A stretch of 64,000 nucleotides of DNA. Source: an uncultured Verrucomicrobia subdivision 3 bacterium. Lineage in GTDB: Bacteria; Verrucomicrobiota; Verrucomicrobiia; Limisphaerales; UBA11358. Of this stretch, positions 18,527-29,000 are shown piece by piece (within the stretch, counting starts at the first letter, position 1; every line of letters begins with the position of its first letter). The notes under the pieces are model-generated. The model searched no databases. It was not told where the DNA came from and saw only the letters and a program-made list of their open reading frames with translations. Position numbers and translations under genes: made by a program. The stretch is from NCBI GenBank assembly GCA_903865745.1, contig CAIPKV010000070.1:99898-163897 (forward strand). The letters are read 5' to 3'.

Positions 18527-20890
18527 TTACGTTTTTTTGAAGCTCAACAAGATTTTCTGTGGCCGGCCGGCTTCGCGGTCTTCGACATGGATCCGCCACA
18601 CGTTCTCGCCAGCGGCCTCGACCGGTTTCACCTGGCAACCGGCGGCGGATCCGGCAACCAGCGGCTTCATGCTGTAAATAAATAAATCGCCTTCGCGAGC
18701 GCCCGCATCGGTCAGTTCGATGTTGATTCCGTTCGGAGAGGGCTTGACGCTCTTGAGGTCAGCTGCCCCGCAGTAGATGTGGAGGTTTGAGCCGATGACC
18801 ACCGGCTGTCCGGGATGGTCGTCAAGATCGGTCAGACAGAGGTGCTGGCAACCGCTGGCGGGCAGCGCGGGCGTTTCCCACCGACCGGTGGCGATGCCCA
18901 GGAACCGGTTGTCCCAGAAAGACCAGACCGCATAACGGTGCGCCGGATTGAGGCCGGCTTTGGCGAAGTCCAGCGTGATGGCCTGTTCCTGCCGCCCCGG
19001 ATTCCACAAGAGAGCGACCGTCCAATCACCCCACGGGCGTTGGACATGGCTGATCAGCCGGGGCCACTCCTCGCTGGAGCAAAGGTCCAGGATTTGGGTG
19101 TGTTCCTTGGCGGGCGGAGTCAAGATTTCGGTCATGCGCCAATAGGGTTTGAAAATGTCCCATTGCCAGAAATCGGAGGTGAAGGCCGCGCCGGAGGAAA
19201 GCCCCATCATGCTGGCATAAGTCCTGACCATCGCCCAGCCGTCGTCAATGTTACCCACGTCCTTCAGGCCGGTGGCCAGGTAATAGCAATCATTGTCCAC
19301 CGCGAACCATCGGCCATTGAGGTCGTAAGAGCGCAGGACTTGATCAACGGCCTTGCGAACTCCACCGCGATAGGCATCCGAACTGGTGCGGCTGGCATCC
19401 ACCAGCCCGACGGTCGCGCGGTCAGGCGCTTCCGTGCAAAAAAGAATATAAGCGCCCTCGCCGGCCGCCTGGCGGATGTTGATGTAATGTTCGCGGAGGA
19501 TTTCAAAGGTGGTTTTTTTCTTCTCATACCAGCCGCCCCCACCGATGTTATTGAAATCGAGCTTAAGATAGGTAAAGCCATTCGTCACCGCATGGTGAAC
19601 CCGATCCGCTATGTAGGCCTTGGCCCGCGGCGCCGTGGGATCAATCCATCCGGTTTCATCCGGCCGGAAGGGCGACTCTTTTTTGAACTTTTTGCCCCAG
19701 ACCGTCTCCAGATTGGCTGGATCATTCAGCCAAGGCGCTTTCACTCCAATCATGGTCAAGGCCATCCAGAGCCCCGGCCGGGCTCCCGTCGCGGCAATTT
19801 TCCGGGCATAGAACGACATTCCCTTGGGAAATTTTGCATTCGCGTCCCAGTTGCCATCAAAATCCTGATAGCCGTCATCAATTTGAATCACGGCGGGCCG
19901 CAGCCGGCCGGCGGATGCCGACACGATGTCCACGAGGCCAAGAACATCCTCGCCGGTGATTTTCGAGGTCTTCAGATACCAGCTACACCAACCCGAAAGC
20001 GCCCCCTTATCCGAGCGGGCGTGATGCGTCTGCGCCACCCAGTCGGCTTGGCGTTGCAGGGCCACGCCGGGCTTCTCCATGAGCAGGATGGCTTGCTGTC
20101 CCCAGCGGGTTTCGCCGGGATCCACCTGCACGCCGCTCATACTTGACTCGATGCTGAAGGAAGTCCGGCCATTACCTTCATAAATGACGCTGGAATTCAG
20201 ATAAGCAATGGGATCACCCACCGGGGCAACTAGGAAGCCCACCCCGTCACGGCGATAGAAACCTCCTCTTTCCCTGATTACCAGGCGGTTGGTGAGCGTG
20301 CTAAGCGCACAAACGGCACCTGGCAACTGGCTTTGAAAGTTACCCGTCAGCCGGGTGATGAGCCAGTCGGCTGGATTACCCTTCACGGAAAATCCGGGGG
20401 CTTCGGTTTGCGCCGGCGTCAGGCTCGACACTTTAATGGGCCGCCCGCCACCATTGCGGATGCCCGCTTGAAAGAGAACCCCGGACACCCCCGGAATCTG
20501 GCCCAGTCGAAGCATTAGATCCAGATGGTCAGGTTCAAAATGGATGGTCGAGACGGCAACGATCGCCTGGCCATAGGGCGTTGATTCAGTGGTATTGGTG
20601 ATGGTTTGAATCAAGCCGCTATCAGAAGTGAAACGACGTTGCTTCCCCTCAATTTCGAGCAAGGCAGAAAACTGGGAGGGAAAAGCCGCCAGCCCGGGCG
20701 CCTGCAATGTTACTGAGCGACCATCCCTTGAATAAACAGCCGCAACCGGGTTTGGGTTGGACCCGGGTGACTGCGCCAGGCAGCTCGCCAGCGAGAACAA
20801 CAGGACTGCGAAAAAACCGGTTTTTCTTTCCAACGTGTCCACCTTAGCGATTGGCCAGTTCAAAATTGATGCAAATATTTCAATGCTCAT
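18527..20890 (-). CDS. GH36-like alpha-galactosidase / alpha-N-acetylgalactosaminidase family protein
   Basis: TIM-barrel blocks SGWCSWY, VIQIDDGYQDFDGNW..AKFPKGM and FTYLKLDFN are typical of clan GH-D (GH36/GH27). Confidence 0.7.
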   Translation of the reverse strand: MSIEIFASILNWPIAKVDTLERKTGFFAVLLFSLASCLAQSPGSNPNPVAAVYSRDGRSVTLQAPGLAAFPSQFSALLEIEGKQRRFTSDSGLIQTITNTTESTPYGQAIVAVSTIHFEPDHLDLMLRLGQIPGVSGVLFQAGIRNGGGRPIKVSSLTPAQTEAPGFSVKGNPADWLITRLTGNFQSQLPGAVCALSTLTNRLVIRERGGFYRRDGVGFLVAPVGDPIAYLNSSVIYEGNGRTSFSIESSMSGVQVDPGETRWGQQAILLMEKPGVALQRQADWVAQTHHARSDKGALSGWCSWYLKTSKITGEDVLGLVDIVSASAGRLRPAVIQIDDGYQDFDGNWDANAKFPKGMSFYARKIAATGARPGLWMALTMIGVKAPWLNDPANLETVWGKKFKKESPFRPDETGWIDPTAPRAKAYIADRVHHAVTNGFTYLKLDFNNIGGGGWYEKKKTTFEILREHYINIRQAAGEGAYILFCTEAPDRATVGLVDASRTSSDAYRGGVRKAVDQVLRSYDLNGRWFAVDNDCYYLATGLKDVGNIDDGWAMVRTYASMMGLSSGAAFTSDFWQWDIFKPYWRMTEILTPPAKEHTQILDLCSSEEWPRLISHVQRPWGDWTVALLWNPGRQEQAITLDFAKAGLNPAHRYAVWSFWDNRFLGIATGRWETPALPASGCQHLCLTDLDDHPGQPVVIGSNLHIYCGAADLKSVKPSPNGINIELTDAGAREGDLFIYSMKPLVAGSAAGCQVKPVEAAGENVWRIHVEDREAGRPQKILLSFKKT

Positions 20891-20904
20891 TTTTTGGGTT
20901 CAGA

Positions 20905-23900
20905 TCAGGGGCTTACCATCCGATAGAACTGTTGCATGGCATTGGTCGGAACCGGACTGGTATAATTAAATTGCCCATTCCCAGGGAAGGTGTTCGAAGT
21001 TTCCATCGTCCATTGTGCCCACGACAATGCCAGGTTCGTCGTAGTGAACAGCCGCCAGGGCTGTCCGGCCTGGCCCGTGCCGCCAAGCTGCAAACCGCCG
21101 CCGCCGTTCAGCCAGAGCACGTTTGTGAAAACGATCGGGGCCGGGGGGGTGATCGTGAAGGCGAAACTGGTGTTAGTGCCCAGATAATTGGCATCCGCGG
21201 CGACTAAGTTTGTGACATAATAGCTGCCAATGTTTGTCGGCGCGTTCGCACTTAAGTAGGTCGTTCCGGTAGTGCCAACATAGTTTGTGGTTCTCGTGCC
21301 ACTGGAACCGCTGATCACGATGTCGGGACCTTGACCCATGCCATTATAAATAAAGTTTGTTCCACTATAATTCACCGTGGTATTGGTCGGGTTGACCACC
21401 TGTGTCACCGCGTTCGTGCTGGGCAGGTAATAGCTGTCGCCTGAATAGATGGCTTGGATGGGGTAAGTGCCCGCGTTGAGCGCGTTGTTGGTGCAAAGGG
21501 CGGTTCCATTCGCAATGACGTTGGTGGCAACCGCGGTTCCGCCCACCGAAAACACCACGTTGCCTGTTGCCGCCGCCGCCGTGGTGCCGTTGGTTTGCAC
21601 CGTCGCGGTGAAAACAACTGCCTGGCCATAGACCGACGGGCTAGCGGGCGAGGCATTTAAGCCCAGCGTCGTGGCCCGAGGCACGACGGAGTTTGGATTG
21701 CGAAACCGGAAAGTGCGGGTTATTGCGTTTGTCTGGAGCGCGGCAATATCCTGATAATTGGTGCTGCCCAATTTTAGATTATAGGTGATATCCCACTTTA
21801 GATTCGCGCCATTGTAATCCGCCTGCCAGAAATCATTGCCGTTTACCGTCTGGTTGACAGCTGACCAGTTGGTTCCCACCAGTTCCTCCACGAGGGGATT
21901 CTGATAAGTGGATGCCCCGGTGAAGGTCACCGGCACATAGTTGAGGCCGCCCGTCACGGAAAATTGCGCAAAGTCATTTGTCACCCCAATGGCAATGCTG
22001 GGATAGGTTTGCACCAGCATCCCCGCCGAGATATTCAGCAAAAGGCTGTTGCCGATGGCCTCGCGTAATACCATTTTATAAGTGTTAGCGTAATTCGTGG
22101 CAGCCGTGGCCATATTGATGTCAGGACCGTAATATTCACCCGGCACAGAGGGCAGATAAATACGCTCAATGACTGCCTGCACATAATCCCCCGCCTGGAG
22201 CGTGGTCACGCCCGGAGGCGGCACGATGTCAATGGAGGATCCTGTGTAACCCGGGGCCAGACTATGTTCGATCAGATAAGGCGGCACATTATCCACCCCA
22301 TTGATCCGCGCCTTCCATGAGCGGATAATATAACCTTTAACTCCCGGACTATAACTTGTATCGCCTCCACTATAAACAAGACTATGAATGGAGATCCATG
22401 GCTGATTGTTGGTCAGGGCAACCGCCAAGCCGATGTTTTTGTTTTGTCCCGAGGTTGCGGCGCTCCATTCCCTGACCGCATTGGTTTGGTTGCTGTATCC
22501 GTAAGCCAGATTCGTTCCGTTATTGTAGGCATAACTGTCCCCCGGCATCTGAAAAAAGACCAGTCGGTTGAAGGAGAGGTTGGAATTGACGTTGACCGTC
22601 AACTGATGCAGCCCCCGGGTGTAGTCATCAGACCGGCCGAGCGAGGCGCTGTAGCTCAAAGCCATCTTGCCATCGTCGGTCTGGCCGGCATACGTCGCTT
22701 GCGTGAGGTTGGGACAATAGCGGGCATACTGCGTGCGCATGCGCCGATGTTGATGCTGAGTGTTGCCACTGTCGTAATAGCGCAAGAATTCCGCACCGCC
22801 AAGATTGATGCCCCAACCACCGGTCTGGCCGTTGGTGTTGAGCAACAGGATCGGACGCGAATCGGCCCCGTCATTGTCGGTCAGGACGTGCTCCACATCA
22901 TAAGTCAGCGATTCACCGCAATTGCCCAGCGCTGACTCATCCCACTGCTGATTCTGGTTGCCGTTACCATATCCATATTCACATAACTGGGAATGCGTGG
23001 CCGCCGGCACCCCGCCCCAATTCTGACCGGCCATCGTGAGTTCCAAATTCAAATTGGTATTGGGTGGCACCGTCAGCAGGGTCAGCCCATGAAACCATTG
23101 ATTGGCAAACATCGGGTAACTGGAGGGCGTATCCCAATCCTTTGACAACTGCACCGGAAGCCCCACCGGGTTCAGACTGGCGTCTCGCAACACCGCCGTG
23201 ATGCCAGGTATGTAAAAGGGGACACCGTCAAAATTGATTCGCACCACGCGCGGGGTGGGACTGTTATTCGTTACTGTTACCTGTGCGCGAAGGATGCCAT
23301 CGTCACCAGCGGTGCCACTGGCGGGAAGACTCACGTCATACCATCCCCGGTCGGTATCGTAATTCACGGCCAGGCCGCCCCCTGCGGGCAGGACGGGCGT
23401 GACCGCCAGCGGCAGCGGCGCAGCCTCCGTGACCACTGCGTTGGTCAGGGACCAAGCCACATTGGTCGCGACAGGATAAATGACCAACCCCACGGATCCT
23501 TGCTGGCTGGTTTGCCAGTTGTTTATGGCCGTCGTCACCGTGACCGTGGCATTGGTGGGATTGAAACTGATGGCGGAGCTGCCGGCGCTGGGGAGAAAAA
23601 TGAAGCCGGTGCCGTTGCTTGCCTGCAAGGCCCCGCCCACGCCGTAAGTCAAGAGGGTATTGTAAAGGTTCGTCAGCGTCAGCTTCATTTGAAGGGTCGC
23701 ACTTGATATCGTGTTGGATGGCGCGAGCCTCAGGACAAAGCTCAGGCGATCCGGCCAGGAGGCCATCTCCAAACCACACTGGTTCGTATCGAGCGGCAGC
23801 CCGCCAGCTTTGACCTTTTGCCAGCGCCGCTGGAAATATTTACCGCACTCAATCAGCGCCGTATTGGCGGTCAGGGTTCCAACATTATTGGTGACGCTGT

Positions 23901-25953
23901 TGGTAACCACCTGGCACGACAGGCTAACCGGCGGCGAACTCGTTGGAAAACTGGCCGCCCAGCTTTCGGTAAGGACCGCGGATTCCGGGCTGGGAATAGC
24001 TAATGGGAACAGGGTTGTGAGGGTCAGGTTGGCCGAATTGAACGACATTCCGTAGCGACTGGTTTTAATGCCATATACAGAAGACGCCGGGCCGTTGGAC
24101 CAGAACATAAACCCGTAGTCCTGGACATTGGTAAAAACCAGAGGCGGCAGCGATGCTATGCCCGCAGGATTGTTTACCAGGGAATCAATCACCAGATAAA
24201 GTGTGTTCCCGGAAACCGTCAGGTGCGCGGCGACCCAAAGTCCGGCGACCGCCACGGCGACGTTGGTGGGAGCGTTGCCGGTCTGGCTTGTCCAGGTCAT
24301 GAGCGGATATTGCGCGCCAGGAGAAGCGCCCAAGTAACCCATCTCCACCGTGACCGCCGGTCTGGCAGTGAACGCGGCGGTTCCAGACACAATCAACGGC
24401 GACAACGAAGCGTTGGGAAGATTATATCCAAAATTAAAATCCAAAACATTCGTGCCGCCGTTATTGCCCACCGTCAAACCGGCGCAAGTCCAAGGCTGTG
24501 TCTGGCTCAGCACACTCACACCAAATACGGCTTGCGTGCCCGTCGTGGCGCCCAGCGTGATGACGCTGTTGGAGCAGGAACCGCCGCTGACGCCCACCAG
24601 CGCGCCCGCGCGAATGGTTGTGGCTCCATGATAGGTGTTGTCACCATAAAGCGTCAGGGTGTTGGCGTTGGTCTTCACCACCCCTGTCACAAAGGTTCCG
24701 GCCGTGTTGTCCTGAATCACCCCAGTTAGGGCCAGGTCACTCGTCCCGCCAAACACCAACTGCTGACCTGCCCCGGTCTGCGCCCCGCCGTATCGGAGGT
24801 TAAACGGCGACGCCGTGAAGGTCGCCAGCCCGCTGCCGTTGTTATTGACATTGATGATGGAGGCGTTGCCGGTAATGCTCCGGGTCGTGCTCGCCGCTGC
24901 CCCGCCGTAATTGATGGTGCAGGGACCGTTGGCGACGCCCTGCCCCGCCATCGCCAAATAGGGGTAGGAACCCAGCGTGGCAAAGTTAGTCGTGATGAGG
25001 GTGCCAGAATTAAAGATGATGGCGGTAAAATTGTTGGCCGCATTATTCAGCGTCAAGGCACCGCCGCCGGTTAAAAAAAGTCCGCCGGAGTTGTCCAAAG
25101 CCGTGACGACACTGTTGATGGTCAGCATCCCGCCGCTGCCGGCATTGGCCAGATTGAAATAGCTGGAATTAGCCAAATTGGTAATGTTAAGGCTTTCGTT
25201 GATCACGGCGCTGGCGTTAGCCGCCACGGTGAACGCCGTGTAAGCGCCGCTGACCCCAAACATAAAATTGGTGCCGGTCCCATTGAGATTGCCGCCATTG
25301 ACACCGAAGCTGATGCCGCTGTTGTTGCCGGTGAAGTTGGTCGCGTTTTGTGAACCCAGATCCAGCGTGCCGCCGTTGATGGTGATGGCGCTGTTGGTCG
25401 CCAGCGCCCCGCTGCCGGTGAGCGCCAGCGTGCCGCCGTTCACCGTCGTCGCCCCAGTGTAGGTGTTCGCGTTGTTGAGCGTCAGCGTGCCCGCGCCGGA
25501 TTTGGTCAGGCCCATCCCGGTTCCACTGATGATCCCCAAAACCGTCAAGGTCTTGGCCGCGTTCACATTCCAGATCTGGCTCGCCCCAAGGGCCAGATTG
25601 TTCGTGATGGCCAGATTGACTGTGGCCGCCGACATATCGATCCCACTCGCGCCATTGGTCAGGGTGCCCGCCCCGGTGATGGCGATGTCACCCAAGGCGC
25701 CCGCCACACTGATGCCGCCCCACGTCTTGGAAGTTCCGAGTGTCAATCCCGCACCCAGCGATGAGCTGTTCCAGAGAGCAATGTCGCCGGAACCAGGCGA
25801 GCCGTTGGCGCCCGAACCGCCGGACCAGACCCCGGCGGTGGCCCCGGTAAGGTCGGTTCCTGTCCCCGTCTTAGTGGCGTTCGCCGCACAGACCGGCCCC
25901 GCCGTGAGCATCAGCATAGCAAGGGTCGTGGTGAGGTAATTGATTCTGTGCAT
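20905..25953 (-). CDS. Giant surface protein P1: PATR beta-helix, an ~800-aa uncharacterised domain, Ig-like (Big_3-type) and MBG-like domains, and a conserved C-terminal tail
   Basis: Signal peptide MHRINYLTTTLAMLMLTAGPVCA at ATG 25953; the 5' region is homologous to that of P2. Many G.GTLTL.NANTY(T/S)GATTVNGGTL repeats. Nt ~21688-24135 (aa ~620-1435) are paralogous to ORF 6244-8742. The protein ends ...AMQQFYRMVSP. Confidence 0.9.
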   Translation of the reverse strand: MHRINYLTTTLAMLMLTAGPVCAANATKTGTGTDLTGATAGVWSGGSGANGSPGSGDIALWNSSSLGAGLTLGTSKTWGGISVAGALGDIAITGAGTLTNGASGIDMSAATVNLAITNNLALGASQIWNVNAAKTLTVLGIISGTGMGLTKSGAGTLTLNNANTYTGATTVNGGTLALTGSGALATNSAITINGGTLDLGSQNATNFTGNNSGISFGVNGGNLNGTGTNFMFGVSGAYTAFTVAANASAVINESLNITNLANSSYFNLANAGSGGMLTINSVVTALDNSGGLFLTGGGALTLNNAANNFTAIIFNSGTLITTNFATLGSYPYLAMAGQGVANGPCTINYGGAAASTTRSITGNASIINVNNNGSGLATFTASPFNLRYGGAQTGAGQQLVFGGTSDLALTGVIQDNTAGTFVTGVVKTNANTLTLYGDNTYHGATTIRAGALVGVSGGSCSNSVITLGATTGTQAVFGVSVLSQTQPWTCAGLTVGNNGGTNVLDFNFGYNLPNASLSPLIVSGTAAFTARPAVTVEMGYLGASPGAQYPLMTWTSQTGNAPTNVAVAVAGLWVAAHLTVSGNTLYLVIDSLVNNPAGIASLPPLVFTNVQDYGFMFWSNGPASSVYGIKTSRYGMSFNSANLTLTTLFPLAIPSPESAVLTESWAASFPTSSPPVSLSCQVVTNSVTNNVGTLTANTALIECGKYFQRRWQKVKAGGLPLDTNQCGLEMASWPDRLSFVLRLAPSNTISSATLQMKLTLTNLYNTLLTYGVGGALQASNGTGFIFLPSAGSSAISFNPTNATVTVTTAINNWQTSQQGSVGLVIYPVATNVAWSLTNAVVTEAAPLPLAVTPVLPAGGGLAVNYDTDRGWYDVSLPASGTAGDDGILRAQVTVTNNSPTPRVVRINFDGVPFYIPGITAVLRDASLNPVGLPVQLSKDWDTPSSYPMFANQWFHGLTLLTVPPNTNLNLELTMAGQNWGGVPAATHSQLCEYGYGNGNQNQQWDESALGNCGESLTYDVEHVLTDNDGADSRPILLLNTNGQTGGWGINLGGAEFLRYYDSGNTQHQHRRMRTQYARYCPNLTQATYAGQTDDGKMALSYSASLGRSDDYTRGLHQLTVNVNSNLSFNRLVFFQMPGDSYAYNNGTNLAYGYSNQTNAVREWSAATSGQNKNIGLAVALTNNQPWISIHSLVYSGGDTSYSPGVKGYIIRSWKARINGVDNVPPYLIEHSLAPGYTGSSIDIVPPPGVTTLQAGDYVQAVIERIYLPSVPGEYYGPDINMATAATNYANTYKMVLREAIGNSLLLNISAGMLVQTYPSIAIGVTNDFAQFSVTGGLNYVPVTFTGASTYQNPLVEELVGTNWSAVNQTVNGNDFWQADYNGANLKWDITYNLKLGSTNYQDIAALQTNAITRTFRFRNPNSVVPRATTLGLNASPASPSVYGQAVVFTATVQTNGTTAAAATGNVVFSVGGTAVATNVIANGTALCTNNALNAGTYPIQAIYSGDSYYLPSTNAVTQVVNPTNTTVNYSGTNFIYNGMGQGPDIVISGSSGTRTTNYVGTTGTTYLSANAPTNIGSYYVTNLVAADANYLGTNTSFAFTITPPAPIVFTNVLWLNGGGGLQLGGTGQAGQPWRLFTTTNLALSWAQWTMETSNTFPGNGQFNYTSPVPTNAMQQFYRMVSP

Positions 25954-26007
25954 CGCAGATTTCTTTAATTGGCATTTTATAAAGGTTGTCATTATTTGGA
26001 TACAGGA

Positions 26008-29000
26008 TCACGGCATCTCGACCCAACGATAAAATCGCTGGCTGTGTCCGCTGATTGAATCGGCAACGGTTTGCACCGCGCCCGTTCCGGTTTGTGGCAG
26101 CGCCAAAGGAGACCAAGCCGACCCGCCAAGAGCGTCATTGTATTCGACCCACCACGTCACATTGTTGGGGACGGCGCAAGCGGATTGCACGCTACCGGCA
26201 TTGATTTGAATACCGGAAACCGGGAGCGAATTGGTCCACACCGGAATGCGAAAGGGCGACGCCGGCAGGCCGGCGCGGTTGTAGAGGTTCGTTCCCATCG
26301 GCACTCCCTTCCAAGCATAACGAACGAAGACAGGATTGGGCACCGACGGCGAAGAGACCACCACCGTCCCATTGGGGTCAATTTGCGCCGTGGCGGACAC
26401 ATAGAGCTGGTTGGACTCCGCAATTTCAAACCACTGCGGCGATACTCCCGGCAGTTCTTGAACCGGGTCCAGATTGTTCTTTTGCCCGGTCATCAACCCG
26501 CCGGCCACAAAGTCGAACGCAATTCGAATCTGATTGGTTTCAATCGCATAACTCCGGAATAACGGACCGCTGGGCACCACATTGGTGAAACCATAGTCGT
26601 GGTTCAAAGACAGCATCGCGAGCCGCGTCCCGACATCCACTTTGTTGCCGGGATGAATGGCGTTGGGATCATCCACATCGAAAATGACGGCCATCCCGGT
26701 GTTGGTCGCCGTTCGCAGGGTGAGCGTTTGCGCCTCACGGGTGTATGGCCAAAGGTTGTCGGTGCCGACGAGGCTCGGCAACTGGACAAAGTAGAAAGGC
26801 AGATTCGGCTGCTGCCACCGGCTGCGCCAGTCCTGGATCATGGTGGGAAACAATACGCGATACATCATGGTTCCACTGCCGCCGAGCGACTCTCCCTGAT
26901 ACCAGATCACGCCGCGCAGGCCGAACGGAACCAGGGGCGAAATCATGGCGTTGAACATCGCGCCGGGAACAAAGGTGGGGCTGGTCTGGAGGCCTTGAAA
27001 ATAGTTGGCCAGGCTCTGAGTGGCGAAAGCTTGCAGTTCGGGGATGGCATTCATCGCAGCCACACTGCTCCAGGCCTCCATCGGGGTGCCGCCATAAGAC
27101 GACTCCAAAATCCCGATGGGAACCACCATGCCTTGAACGCTGTTGCTCTGGAACAAGGTGCGCGCAAAGAAATAGGCCGCCGCGCTCAAGTTGGACACGC
27201 TGGCCGGAGAGCAGGGTGTCCAGGACCAATCGAGGGTGGCGTCCCAGGCCGGGTTGAGTGAGCCGGTTTGCCGGACGCGCATGTGCCGGATCAATGGGTA
27301 GTTGGCCGCGGCAGTTTCTGCAGCCGCGTTGGATACTGACTGATTGGGGTTATTGCCATTGACCGGGAAATACATATTGGACTGGCCGGAAGCCAGCCAG
27401 ACATCCCCAACCACCACATTGGTGAAAGACAGATTGGTGACCCCGGCAATCGAGATGCTGAGTTGCTGCCCATTCGTGTTAACCGGCATAGAGTCCAAGT
27501 AGACCCCCCACGAGCGGTCCGGAGCGGCGGTGGCCAGCTTAGTCTGTCCGCCAAAAGTCACCGTAATAGTTTGCCCCGGCTCGGCGGTGCCCCAGACCGG
27601 AACGGCCATGTCCCGCTGCAAGACCATATGGTTGGCGAACACTCCCGGCACGGACCAGGGCGGAACGACGCGAATGGTGCCGTTGTTGGTTAGCTGGCCC
27701 AAATCCCACTTCACGCCATTGCTCAACGCGGGAAGGTTGCTGGAACTAAACGTGCCGGAATAAGCCGACGCTTGAAACAACTGGAAAACATCTCCGGCGG
27801 TCAATGAAATATTGTTTGGATTGGTGACCACCAACGTGCCTCCATAAGTGATCTGGTTTAGGACCGCTACGCGGTTGTTGTAATTGGTAAAGTTCCTGCC
27901 CAATTGAAAAGCCGACACGCTGCCGACGGCCAGGGTCAAGCTACTGTTGATCGCCAGCTGGCCGCTGCCGGAAATCCCCGGAGACAAGGCGCCGCCGGCC
28001 TGGACGGTCACCGGCCCGTTGATGGCGCCAGCGCCAGAGAGAACTCCACCGCTCGCCAGCAAGGCACTGGTGGCCAGCGCGCCATTCACCGTCAGACCGC
28101 CCTTAGCCACGGTCGTGGCGCCGCCCAGGACACTGGTGCCGGTGAGGGCTAGGTTGCCCGTGCCCTGTTTGACCAGGCTGCCGGGGCCGCTGAGACTGCC
28201 GTCGTAAGTGGCATTCAAGTTGTTGGTTCCAACGCTAAGAGTGACCGGAGAGCTGCCGTTGAAGGTTAGCGCCAGACCGCCGCTGCCCGCCAGGCCACCC
28301 AAGGTCGCGGCGTTGACTGAAAACTTCAGGCCACCATCGCTATTCACCGTCACCAAACTGGCTGCCAAAGCATTGCCATTCCCCAAAATCACGCTGCCGC
28401 CGTTGATGGTGGTGGCGCCGCTGAAACTATTGGCGAGATTGAGGGTCAGATTACCGGAACCATCCTTCTCGAGCCCGGTCGCTCCGGCGATGCCGCCGCC
28501 GCTGCTGTTGAAGATGTAGTTTCCGCCGCTATTGTTCACGGTCACCCACCCGGGGGAAACGAGCGTGGCCACGTTCACCGTGTATTGGCGGTTGTTAGCG
28601 TCATTAAAGAGCACTTGGTCGCCATCATCGTAGTGCGTCCGGTCTGCGACGCTCTGCGCGGTGAACCAGTTCGTGTCGGTCTGGAGGTTGTTCCAGCGCG
28701 TCGGATTGGCGGCATCCGCGCCCGTCCAGGTCAGATTCACGACCACAGAATTGCTTCCCACAGCCACGAACAGTTCGCCATTGGTCACTTGCAATAGCGC
28801 CGTGCTGCCGCCGACAATTCCACCGCCGGTCACAACCACACCTGGCACGGCCCCGCCGACCTGCCCGCCGGAAGCCTTGCTGATGATTTTGTAAGCCCCG
28901 TTGGTCAGCGCCGTCCCGGTGTTGTTGACGGTAATAGTCGTTGCGGCGGCAAGAGTGAGGGTGCCGTTGGTGACCAGAAATGCCGACTGGCCGGCAGAGT

